From an uncultured Eubacteriales bacterium (GTDB taxonomy: Bacteria > Bacillota > Clostridia > Oscillospirales > CAG-272): a stretch of 64,000 nucleotides of DNA. How positions within the stretch are numbered: position 1 is the stretch's first letter; each line of letters opens with the position of its first letter. The notes below the pieces were generated by a model. That model was not told the origin of the DNA and searched no databases. It was given only the letters and a program-made list of their open reading frames with translations. The DNA lies in NCBI GenBank assembly GCA_905201895.1, contig CAJKPX010000005.1, positions 13,504-77,503 of the forward strand, read 5' to 3'. Positions 18,834 through 28,500 of the stretch are shown in pieces. Both the position numbers and the translations under genes were made by a program.

Positions 18834-20330
18834 TTATTCGTTCCGACTCCGACGCTCCTCGAACGCCTCTCTTACGATCGCACGCTCGGAGAAGGGTCGA
18901 CGCCCCTCTTTCGTAATTTCATATTCCTCGTGTCCCTTCCCTGCCAAAAGGATCAGATCGCCCTCCCGTGCATGCAGCACGGCATGTCGGATCGCCTCGG
19001 CTCGGTTGGGAATTTCGATCCAATCCGTTTTCGGGTCCATCCCCGCGCGGATCTCGCGGATGATCTCTGCAGTCTCCTCGCTTCTGCTGTTGTCGGCAGT
19101 CAGGATCACGCAATCAGCATTTTGCGATGCGATCCTGCCCATGAGCGGACGTTTTTCGCGGTCGCGGTCACCTCCGCAGCCGAACAGAAGAACCGTTCGT
19201 CCCCCCACGCGGCGCATTTCGTTTGCGGTTCGCAAAAGATTTTCAAGCGCATCGGGGGTGTGCGCATAGTCGATCATCACTGTAAAATCGGCGTCAAGAC
19301 CAAGCCTGATCCGCTCCATGCGTCCTCGCACGCCTGCCAGGGCACCCAACGCCTGCTTGACACCTGCGGCACCGAAGCCGAGCTCCAACGCGCAGATTGC
19401 CGCCTGCATCGAATTGACGATGCTGAAGGCACCCGGAATCGGACAGTGTACGCGCATTTGCGTCCGATCGGATCGCAAACGGTAGCAAACGCCGTTTTGG
19501 TCGGCTTGCGCGTCCTCAACCGTGTAATCCGCCATCCGCTTGACCGAACAGGTGATGCGCTTTCCGCTCGCAGCCGCGAGCATGCGATCGGCATAGGGAG
19601 AATCGAGATTGACGATCGCGCGGTCGGCAGCCGCAAAAAGCTTTGCCTTTGCCTCGGCGTAGGCATCCATCGTGCCGTGAAAATCGAGATGCTCAGGGGT
19701 TAGATTGGTAAAAATCGCCGCTTCAAAATGGATGGGCGCGAGCTTTTCGAGCGCGAGCGCGTGGGAGGTGACCTCCATGAGAACGTACTCCACGCCATCC
19801 TCCGCCATCTCGGCAAGGAGACGATAGAGCGTGTCGGGGTCGGGAGTGGTCATATTGGCAAGCGCGTTGTGTCCGCGCGAGTCGAGATGACGCCCCGCCG
19901 ATTCACAGCCCACTGTTCCGATCAGACCGCATCGGCAGAATGCATTTTCCAGGATCGCACGCAGCATGTGCGTCACGCTTGTTTTTCCGTTCGTTCCCGT
20001 CACACCGACAAATTTGAGGCGCCGCGTTGGAAAGCCGAACCATGCGTCAAAGAGAAACGAAGCGGCTCGCCGCGTGTTTTCGGTTCGCAGGATCGGGATG
20101 CCGTCGGGTACGTCGCAAATCGCATCGCGCTCGGCAAGAATACAGCTCGCTCCTGCGGCAACCGCATCCCTGACGTAAGTATGCCCGTCGGTATGCAGTC
20201 CGCGGATACAGACGAAAAGTGTGTTTGCTTGAACGTGGCGCGAATCGGTCTCAATGCCGCAAACCGTGAGGTTGGCGCACGCATCGGGACATTCGATCCC
20301 TGCCGCATCACATAATAATTTGAGTTTCAT
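18834..20330 (-). CDS. murE: UDP-MurNAc-L-Ala-D-Glu--2,6-diaminopimelate ligase MurE
   Basis: VTGTNGKTS P-loop and a C-terminal DNSRSE motif (DNPR-like). Confidence 0.92.
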   Translation of the reverse strand: MKLKLLCDAAGIECPDACANLTVCGIETDSRHVQANTLFVCIRGLHTDGHTYVRDAVAAGASCILAERDAICDVPDGIPILRTENTRRAASFLFDAWFGFPTRRLKFVGVTGTNGKTSVTHMLRAILENAFCRCGLIGTVGCESAGRHLDSRGHNALANMTTPDPDTLYRLLAEMAEDGVEYVLMEVTSHALALEKLAPIHFEAAIFTNLTPEHLDFHGTMDAYAEAKAKLFAAADRAIVNLDSPYADRMLAAASGKRITCSVKRMADYTVEDAQADQNGVCYRLRSDRTQMRVHCPIPGAFSIVNSMQAAICALELGFGAAGVKQALGALAGVRGRMERIRLGLDADFTVMIDYAHTPDALENLLRTANEMRRVGGRTVLLFGCGGDRDREKRPLMGRIASQNADCVILTADNSRSEETAEIIREIRAGMDPKTDWIEIPNRAEAIRHAVLHAREGDLILLAGKGHEEYEITKEGRRPFSERAIVREAFEERRSRNE

Positions 20331-20413
20331 AACGGTCTCCTCTCCGAGAAATCATAGCTTTGCACTTCCCGAACAGAGGATCCGTTCTGTTTTCTATTCT
20401 GCTCTCCGATGGG

Positions 20414-22723
20414 TCAATAATCGCCGTCGTTGGTATCATCAAGATAACGGAAGGTAATCTCAATCACACTTCCGCGCGGAAGGACAGTTCCCTTTTCCAC
20501 ACTCTGCGAAACAACGGTTGCGCCCGTTCCTGAGAGATAATTTTTGGTTCCGTGGATGCGAATGTTAAAGCCCGCGTTGATCAGGGTCTGATTTGCCGCA
20601 ACCGCCGTCATGCCCGTTACGTCGGGAACGGTTGCCTCCTCGGGCTCGATTGCCTTATCGGTGTAGAAAATAATCTTGCCGGACGCCTTTTCGATCACGG
20701 TGCCTGCCGCAGGATATTGCTTCTGCACCACGCCGTCGGGATCGCCCACAATCTCCACCTCAAGCCCTGCACGCTCGGCGTAGGTCTGTGCAACCGACGC
20801 TCTCCAATAGCGATAATCCGACACCTTGGTTGCCTGCTTTGCAAGCTCCTCCTCGGTGTAGACCGCCTCCACGCCGAGATACGGAAGGATGGTCTCCATC
20901 ACGTTTCCAACATAGGGGGCGGCAACCGTGCTACCGTAAAGGAAGCCCTCGGTTGGCTCGTCAACAATGATAATCACAGCGTATTGCGGATTGTCAGCAG
21001 GGGCATACGCCACCGTGGAGCAAACGTACTGTCCCACGCTTCCCGCGTTCTTTTTCTCGGACGTACCGGTTTTTGCGGCAATTCGATAGCCGGCTACATA
21101 GGCATTTTTTGCACCTCCGTTGCCCGAAACACCGCCCTCGAGAATCTCCGATACGGTTTTGCAGACCTCGCTGCTCACAACCTGGCGAAGAACGGTTGTA
21201 TCAAAGGATTTGATCACAGCACCGTTTTCATCTGTGATCGACGAAACGAGATGCGGCTTTACCAGATAGCCGCCGTTTGCCACCGCACTGACAGCCGTGA
21301 TCTGCTGAAGCAGGGTGACGTTGAAGTTCTGTCCAAAGGAATAGATGGCTTGGTCGAGATCGGTAAACGCCGATTCCGGGGCAAACAGACTCGAACCCTC
21401 GCCCGGCAGATCAATGCCGGTTCTTTGCAGATAGCCAAAGGAGCGGAGATAGCCGTAGAAGGTATCAGACCCGAGTCGAAGCCCCACCGTCATGAGCACG
21501 GGGTTGCAGGACTGCTGAATACCCTGCACGAAAGAAAGTGATCCGTGACCGTGCACCTTATGGCAATGGATTTTATGTCCGAGCACGGTTTTGTATCCCG
21601 GGCAGGAAAAGCCCTCGTTTACGCTGACAACCGACTCCTCGAGTGCCATTGCAGCAGTGATAACCTTGAATGTCGAGCCGGGAATATAGGATTCTGTGAT
21701 CGCTTTATTCGACCACATACCGAGCAGAAGCTGCTGCTTGAGCGCGGTGTATGCATCGGTTCCGAGCTCATAGCCGCTCTCGGTCAGCTTTTCGAGCGAC
21801 TGAAAATCAAGCGCCCAGGGATCGTTGAGGTTGAAATCGGGATAAACCGCCATACCGAGAATTTCACCCGTGTTGACGTTCATCACAATTCCCGCCGCGC
21901 GGTTTTGCCCCGCCGATTCAAGATAAGCCGCCTCAAGCTGCTCCTCAAGCGCCGATTGCACGAATACGTCGAGCGTGGTGTGAATGTGATAACCGTCCTG
22001 CGCCTCGATGTATTCCTTGTATTCATACGGCATTTCATTTCCCTGCGCATCACGCGCCGTGACGTATCTGCCGTCGGTTCCCGCAAGAAGCTCGTTGTAG
22101 GAATATTCCAGCCCGTAAAGACCTCCGCCATCGCTTCCCGTAAATCCGAGAACGTGCGAGGCGAGATCCTCATAGGGGTAATAGCGCGTGCTGGTCGTTT
22201 CAAGATAGATCATGCGGTTCAGACCATATTCCTCGATAAAGGCACGCACGCGGTCTGCCGTACTCTCATCCGCCTCGCGCTTGACAGTGCGGTCGAGATA
22301 TTTGGTGTAAGTGGTTTGTTTGAGCACGAAACCGTAGTCGACGTCCAAAATCTCGGAGAGATGCTCGGAGATCAGCTCGGCGAGCTTGATTCCATCGCCC
22401 ACTTGATCGTGTTCACTCTGTGCCGCCGCGATCGCGGAGGGCGAGAGAAAAATGCGATAGGTGCTAACGTTGGTTGCAAGCAGCACGCCGTTTGCATCGT
22501 AAATATTTCCGCGCGAGGCGCTCACGGCAGACTCGGTTGTGATCTGCTTAATCACCTTGTCACGGTAGCGTCCGTACCCCGCCGTTTGCAGAAGAAGGAT
22601 GCGCAGCGAGAGACCGATAAAAAGCACAAGAGCGATCACAAGAAGTATTTTCGAGCGAAAAATGACCTTCGGATGAATCGTCTCATTTGGATCCTGCATC
22701 GGCTTGGGCAGGCGATCTTTCAT
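20414..22723 (-). CDS. Class B penicillin-binding protein (FtsI/SpoVD/PBP2B-like) with C-terminal PASTA domains
   Basis: N-terminal TM helix, a dimerisation domain, transpeptidase motifs (STFK, KTGT) and PASTA-like C-terminal repeats. Confidence 0.92.
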   Translation of the reverse strand: MKDRLPKPMQDPNETIHPKVIFRSKILLVIALVLFIGLSLRILLLQTAGYGRYRDKVIKQITTESAVSASRGNIYDANGVLLATNVSTYRIFLSPSAIAAAQSEHDQVGDGIKLAELISEHLSEILDVDYGFVLKQTTYTKYLDRTVKREADESTADRVRAFIEEYGLNRMIYLETTSTRYYPYEDLASHVLGFTGSDGGGLYGLEYSYNELLAGTDGRYVTARDAQGNEMPYEYKEYIEAQDGYHIHTTLDVFVQSALEEQLEAAYLESAGQNRAAGIVMNVNTGEILGMAVYPDFNLNDPWALDFQSLEKLTESGYELGTDAYTALKQQLLLGMWSNKAITESYIPGSTFKVITAAMALEESVVSVNEGFSCPGYKTVLGHKIHCHKVHGHGSLSFVQGIQQSCNPVLMTVGLRLGSDTFYGYLRSFGYLQRTGIDLPGEGSSLFAPESAFTDLDQAIYSFGQNFNVTLLQQITAVSAVANGGYLVKPHLVSSITDENGAVIKSFDTTVLRQVVSSEVCKTVSEILEGGVSGNGGAKNAYVAGYRIAAKTGTSEKKNAGSVGQYVCSTVAYAPADNPQYAVIIIVDEPTEGFLYGSTVAAPYVGNVMETILPYLGVEAVYTEEELAKQATKVSDYRYWRASVAQTYAERAGLEVEIVGDPDGVVQKQYPAAGTVIEKASGKIIFYTDKAIEPEEATVPDVTGMTAVAANQTLINAGFNIRIHGTKNYLSGTGATVVSQSVEKGTVLPRGSVIEITFRYLDDTNDGDY

Positions 22724-22810
22724 AGCGGATACCCCTTTTTTTGCGAAACAAAAAACAACCTTTCTCTCATGATAAAGGCGATGGGAACTCCCCTCGCCGT
22801 ATATTTTATG

Positions 22811-22844
22811 GACGAAAATCCGAGGTTATGACAGCCTCGGATTT
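22811..22844 (-). terminator. Weak internal hairpin/attenuator between the ftsL-like gene and pbp
   Basis: aaatccgagg...cctcggattt followed by ttttcg. It overlaps the stop codon by 2 nt. Confidence 0.35.
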
Positions 22845-23685
22845 ATTTGATACCAATTGCACTTAAAATTGCGGCGAGATTGATCTTTCCCTCGCCCTCG
22901 TCCTCATAGACCTCAACCGAGTCCTCGTCCGCAAACGAGAGGTAATAGGTCCTCAGATATTCCTCACTCACCATGCCGTATTCCTCGGTGGCAATGCGAT
23001 AAATCTCAAGCATATCGTGTTGCACCTCGAAATCAGCCTGCATTTCGTCCACCTCGGCGGCGAGCAGGTTGATCTCCTCGCGGAGCTCAACCAAGCCATT
23101 TTCCGCTCTCGTGAGCAGAACCGAGCTTGCAACGATCAGCATCAGCGACATGGCAACCGCCAAAATTGCCGCAAACGCCGAAATCGGAAAACGATGCGTT
23201 TCATGCGAGGCATCGGGAGCCGAAAGATCAAACCAAACGGGCAGCCTTTCTGCAAGTCCCTTCCCCGCCCGACGCGACAGCGCGCCGAGTCTTTGCGTGA
23301 GCGTCGGCTTTTGAGGCTCGGAGGCTTCTACGACAAGAGAAGCACCAACGTCCTCGTCCACATTCTCCTCGGTTTCCGTGCTATCTGCCGAAAAATCAAC
23401 TGTTCGGATACGCTCTGCACGCGTGCGGTCAATATACCGAACAAGGTCGGAGGAGGACATGTGCTCCTTCCCCCCGCGATAGCAGGTGCGCAGAGTCTCC
23501 TCGGACATCTGCGAGAGACGGTAGGCATTGGGTGCCAGCGCTCGCGTTTCTTCTTCCTTTTCAATCTGCTTTGCCGCCGTATCAAGAACTGCTCTGTGCA
23601 GTCCCTTTGCGGCATAGCGAGCGGAAAGCAGAGAGATCTGCGATTGCTCGGATATTTCAAGTGACGTTCTGCTTTCGCAATTCAT
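22843..23685 (-). CDS. Bitopic coiled-coil protein in the FtsL position (atypically long)
   Basis: A cytoplasmic region of about 160 aa is followed by a TM helix (FPISAFAAILAVAMSLMLIVASSVLL), a heptad-like segment and an acidic tail. It lies between rsmH and pbp. Confidence 0.6.
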   Translation of the reverse strand: MNCESRTSLEISEQSQISLLSARYAAKGLHRAVLDTAAKQIEKEEETRALAPNAYRLSQMSEETLRTCYRGGKEHMSSSDLVRYIDRTRAERIRTVDFSADSTETEENVDEDVGASLVVEASEPQKPTLTQRLGALSRRAGKGLAERLPVWFDLSAPDASHETHRFPISAFAAILAVAMSLMLIVASSVLLTRAENGLVELREEINLLAAEVDEMQADFEVQHDMLEIYRIATEEYGMVSEEYLRTYYLSFADEDSVEVYEDEGEGKINLAAILSAIGIK

Positions 23686-23743
23686 GCTTTCCGTTTCCTT
23701 TCATTTTATTTATATAGAGATTCGTTGCGTCTGCTCAACGCCC

Positions 23744-24691
23744 TCAAAGCTTTTCCGCCACGCGGAGCTTTGCGCTCCTCGAACGTGGGTTTTCCGCAAG
23801 CTCCTCTGCTGAAGGCAGAATCGGCTTGCGACTGACAACCTTGATCTGCGGCTTTTTACCACAGACGCAAACCGGAAAGTCCTTCGGGCAGGTGCAGCCC
23901 TCTCCAAGGCTCGCAAAGGTTTGCTTCACAATGCGGTCCTCAAGCGAGTGGAAGGTGATGATGGCAATTCTGCCACCGGGCTTGAGCAGACGTACGGCGG
24001 AACGGATTGCCGGGGCAATCACATCCAGCTCGGCATTCACTTCAATGCGCAACGCCTGAAATGAACGCTTTGCCGGATGATGTCCGCCGTCTCTTTTTGC
24101 GGCAGGGATCGAGCGTTTGATAATCTCCACCAGTTCCCCTGTGGTTTCGATTGATCTGCGTTCCCTTTCGCGAATAATGTTCGATGCAATTCGGGAGGAA
24201 AAGCGCTCCTCACCGTATTCAAAGAGAATCCTACGCAGGGCATCCTCACTGTATTCATTGACAATTTTCCTTGCCGTGAGCGGATTTCGGCGATCCATTC
24301 GCATATCAAGCGGTGCATCCGCCTGATAGGAAAAGCCGCGCTCTGCTGTGTCGAGCTGATAGGAGGAGACGCCGAGGTCGAGCAACATTCCGTTGATCCC
24401 GTTGATCCCGAGCGTTTCACAAACAGAAGCCACTTCGCAGAAATTGCTGCGAATGACCTGTGCACGGTCGCCGTAGACCGAAAGGCGCTCGGTTGCAACC
24501 GCAACTGCCGTTTCATCCTGATCGAGTGCCAAAAGGCGCCCTCCCTCACCGAGATGTGAGGCGATCACCGAGCTATGCCCCGCACCACCTGCGGTGCCGT
24601 CCACGTAGATTCCGTCGGGCTGAATGGCAAGTGCCTCGATGCATTCGTCGAGCAAAACCGAGCGATGAGAAAATTCAACCGTTTCTGCCAT
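23744..24691 (-). CDS. rsmH: 16S rRNA (cytosine1402-N4)-methyltransferase RsmH (MraW)
   Basis: HRSVLLDE...DGTAGGAGHS motifs, immediately downstream of mraZ. Confidence 0.95.
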   Translation of the reverse strand: MAETVEFSHRSVLLDECIEALAIQPDGIYVDGTAGGAGHSSVIASHLGEGGRLLALDQDETAVAVATERLSVYGDRAQVIRSNFCEVASVCETLGINGINGMLLDLGVSSYQLDTAERGFSYQADAPLDMRMDRRNPLTARKIVNEYSEDALRRILFEYGEERFSSRIASNIIRERERRSIETTGELVEIIKRSIPAAKRDGGHHPAKRSFQALRIEVNAELDVIAPAIRSAVRLLKPGGRIAIITFHSLEDRIVKQTFASLGEGCTCPKDFPVCVCGKKPQIKVVSRKPILPSAEELAENPRSRSAKLRVAEKL

Positions 24692-24754
24692 CTGCCGTTC
24701 TCCCTTTCGTTTCGTTTTTCATTCGTTATCGGGACGCTCACGCGCTCCCGATCA

Positions 24755-25177
24755 TCAGAGCCCGAGAGCCTCGAGCTCGGCAAGGATCGCGGAAATATCC
24801 TCGCTACCCTTGAGCTTATCGTATTCAACGTCGGACCAGATTTCTGCGTAATCGCAGCATCCGACGAACACCACGTTGCGGTCGATGCCCGCATGATTGA
24901 TCAGTTCCTGCGGAAGAACGATTCTTCCCTGTGAGTCGGGCGTTACCTGAACGAGCGAGGCATGGAGATAGCGGATCACCTTTTCGGAAAGCCGACGGTT
25001 CTGCTCACGCAGAGGCGCCGTGTACTTATCCCAGCCCGCGAGCGAATATGCCTTGAGGCATTTTTCGCGGATATCCTTTGCAATGACGAAGCAACTGCCG
25101 AGCTCGTCGCGCAGCTTGGCAGGAACAAAAATTCGATTTTTCGCATCAAGTGTGTGTCTGAACTCACCGCCAAGCAT
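24755..25177 (-). CDS. mraZ: Transcriptional regulator MraZ
   Basis: MLGGEFRHTLDAKNRIFVPAKLR is a duplicated SpoVT/AbrB-like fold. ATG at 25177 lies 7 nt after GGAGGA. Confidence 0.93.
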   Translation of the reverse strand: MLGGEFRHTLDAKNRIFVPAKLRDELGSCFVIAKDIREKCLKAYSLAGWDKYTAPLREQNRRLSEKVIRYLHASLVQVTPDSQGRIVLPQELINHAGIDRNVVFVGCCDYAEIWSDVEYDKLKGSEDISAILAELEALGL

Positions 25178-25219
25178 ATCGGCATCCTCCATTTCTCTGA
25201 TTTTTCAGGAAAAAGTTCC

Positions 25220-25238
25220 CCACTTTGGCTCCACTTTG
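25220..25238 (-). promoter_or_regulatory. Candidate MraZ operator: two direct CAAAGTGG repeats 11 bp apart
   Basis: The minus strand reads tttCAAAGTGGagcCAAAGTGGgg, between a TTGcgc-17-TATAAT promoter and the mraZ RBS. Confidence 0.45.
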
Positions 25239-25308
25239 AAACATCACGCTCCAAAATGCACCACCGCGTAATAATATTATATACTATTTATCAAAAATGC
25301 GCAAGAGG

Positions 25309-25355
25309 TTTTTTCAAATTTTTTTCATTTTTTTCAACTTTTTTTCGCTTTTTTT
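25309..25355. repeat. Five phased T6-7 tracts (periods 10, 9, 11, 10 bp)
   Basis: T-tracts start at 25309, 25319, 25328, 25339 and 25349, each ending in C. Confidence 0.8.
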
Positions 25356-25405
25356 CGGCGTTTCCGGAAGCGATCCTACAAGCTCCGAAAAAAGAGCTGT
25401 AAAGA

Positions 25406-25434
25406 TTGTAAAATATTTACATTTTTGGTATATT
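25406..25434 (+). promoter_or_regulatory. Helicase gene promoter P1
   Basis: TTGTAA, 17-nt spacer, TATATT, with a TGg extended -10 element. Confidence 0.45.
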
Positions 25435-25494
25435 CGGACAAATTCGGACGCGAATAAACAAAAAAGTTTTTACACAAGAAGTTCCCAAAAATTC

Positions 25495-25523
25495 TTGACG
25501 CGTATTCTAAAATATGGTATACT
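25495..25523 (+). promoter_or_regulatory. Helicase gene promoter P2
   Basis: TTGACG, 17-nt spacer, TATACT, with a TGg extended -10 element, 50 nt upstream of the RBS. Confidence 0.55.
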
Positions 25524-25572
25524 GTTAATAGTATGGACTATTTTTATCAGACCGCGAGAAAGAAGGAGAGAA

Positions 25573-28500
25573 ATGGAACAAAATCGTCAAAATTCGGCAG
25601 AGCTGGAAGAAGCCCTGCTCCGTCTTCGTCAATCCCTCAAGGATCGTGAAAAGCTGAAAACGGGACGCACGCCCCAGATCTGCTCGGATGAATCCATCCG
25701 TGAAATGATCCGCCTGATGCCGCGCAAGCCCTCGGATTTTCTCAGTATTCCGGGTGTTGGGCAGGCTTTTGTTGAGCATTACGCAAGAGATTTTTTGCTT
25801 TTGCTTGCCGAATTCAACGGCTCCGAGGAGGCTCCCGTTTCCAACCGCTCTGTTGAGGAAACGCTGCGCGAGCTCTCTAAAAAGCTGATCAATATCAATC
25901 GCAACAACCGCATGCTGTTCCTGCCCCGTCTTTCCCCGAAAAACGCGGTGGATCTTTTCGATGCGTCGGGCAGCTACAATCCGCTTGACATTCTCTTTGG
26001 TGAGGGCAGCGATCCGATCACGGTTGCCGACGTAACCTCGCAGGATCTCCCTCGCACCGATCCCACGCGCGAGCGCTACCGCAATCTGGTAAGCCTGATC
26101 CGCGAGACCGTGCGTGACATGCGTGACAAGGGTCAGAACGACCTCTACATCGGCTATCCCTTCGTGCAAGGCAACCTGGTCAACGGTGAGTTTGGCGTGC
26201 GTGCACCACTCTGCCTCTTCCCCGTAACCCTCGATCGCAGCACCGCGAACGTCACGGTGCAGGCAGACCCCACGCGCGATATTATCTATAACGGTACGCT
26301 GATTCTGGCACACGATAAATTCAACAGCATCACCACGCCGCTCCCCGATTGCACGGTGGACGAGCTCGATCCCGAAACCTTCCTGCAAAAGCTGCTCGAT
26401 TTCTACAAGGATAACGATATCCGCATCGAATACGACAGCGACGAGCTCAAGAAGTTCAAGGAATACCCCGGAGATTCCTTCCCCCACTACGCTCGAGGAA
26501 CGCTCAAGCTCGTGCACAACATCGTCATCGGTAAATTTCCCGCCTACTCCAACGCGATCCAGCGCGACTTTGACGAAATTCTGGAAAAGGGTTTGGTCAA
26601 CCGCCTGGTATCCGACCTCGTTTCGGACTACGGCGCAACCGATTTCTATTCAGACAACACCAATGCCGAGCTCGAGATCAATCAGCCCGGCAAGAAGCTC
26701 GACATCAGCGAGCACTCGCTGGTCTACATTAACGCCCTCAACAGCGCGCAGGAGGCAGTTCTGCACGCGGCGGAAACGATGAACGAGCTGGTTGTGGAGG
26801 GCCCTCCCGGCACAGGTAAATCGCAAACCATCACCAGCCTGATCACGCAGTTCGTCAACGATGGCAAAACCGTTCTCATGGTCTCCGAGAAAAAGACCGC
26901 GCTCGACGTCGTTTATTCACGCCTGGGCACGCTCTCTCGCTACGCCATGATGATGGACGATGCGAAGAACAAAAATCTGTTCTATTCGCAGCTGGAGCGT
27001 CTGCTTTACAGCACCGATGCAAACGCGCCGATGCAGGCGCCCGATCTCTCGGCACTTTCCACCGAGATCGACACCGACGTGGCAACGCTCGAGATCATTG
27101 CCGATAAGCTCTTCACCCCCGGTGCGTTCGGCGTGGAGCCCTACCGACTCTACATGGAAAGCCGCCGCATCAATCTGCATAACCACGAGCAGATCAAAAC
27201 CTACAAAACCATCCGCGGCATGATGACGCCCGAGCTGCTCGACCTCAAATACGAGGAGGTTGCTGCGATCCACAAGAAATTTGCAAACGGTCAGCTGACC
27301 GACAGCCTGGATCACTATCAGCTCACCATTGAGCGCTATCCGTGGTTCCTGCAAATGAAGGACACGCTCTCGCAATACGATCTGATCCTGTTCTCGGATT
27401 CGATCGACGAGCTGATCCTCAAGGTGGACGAGTGGCGCAATCTGCCCTTCCTCAAGCGCCAGACCTCCAAGGGTCGCCTCTCCAAGGAAATCCAGCTGGC
27501 AACCAAGGATTACTTCAACAAGAACACCGGCGCCTACACCGTTCGTCTGATCATGGAGCAGCCCGAGGCAGTTAAGCAGAGCCTGAAGGAGTTTATCGCG
27601 GGATACGCAAACCTCAAGCCCGTGGTAACGAGTCTGACACAAAGCGAAACCATCTATCTCGCTGCCCTGCGCAAGATTCACAAGATCTGCGGCGGCACCG
27701 TGATTGAATGGAACAACGAGCTCTACAACACCATTCTCTTTGAGCATATTCAGCGCTTCGAGATGGAAAACCGCACGCTTCTGCCGCAGGTTGCCGCATT
27801 TGAGAAGATCATCACCTCAATCGAGCGTGCAATCGGCGAAAAACAGGCACTTGCAAAGCAACGCATCGCAAAGGTGCTTGCAGACGACGTGCAATATATC
27901 ACCGCATCCAAGCGCAAGGGTGAGATCAACCGCGCAATCGAAAGCCGCAGACGCGCGAGCGTTTCCAAGTTTGTCAGAAAGTTCGATTTCGAGCTGTTCA
28001 AGGCAATCAAGGTCTGGCTCATGACCCCCGAGGCGGTGTCCGAGGTGCTTCCGCAGCAGAATGATCTGTTTGATCTCTTGATCTTCGACGAAGCATCCCA
28101 GCTTTACGTGGAAAAGAGTATCCCCTCGATCATCCGCGCCAAGAAGGTTGTAATCGCGGGCGACCACAAGCAGCTGCGTCCCTCGAGCCTGGGTGACGGC
28201 AGATTTGAAATGTCGGAGGATCTGCTCGACGAGGATGCAGAGATTTCCGCAGCACTCGAGGAGGAGAGCCTGCTCGATCTTGCTCGCTTCCGCTATCCCG
28301 ACATTCTGCTCAACACGCACTACCGTTCCAAATACGAGGAGCTCATTGATTTCTCGAACTATGCCTTCTACAAGGGCAGACTCTTTGTTGCTCCCAACAC
28401 CGATACCCCCGAAAAGCCGCCCATTGAGGTGCATCTGGTCGACAACGCCGTTTGGCAGGGTCGCGCAAACCGCCGCGAGGCAGAGCAGATCGTGGCTCTG

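Noticed and set aside
25297-25572. A 92-codon N-terminal extension of the helicase ORF.
   Set aside because: The extension is a T-rich, low-complexity translation (FFQIFFIFFNFFSLFF) that spans the phased T-tracts and two promoter-like elements. A strong RBS plus ATG at 25573 gives a sensible HRDC-like N-terminus.
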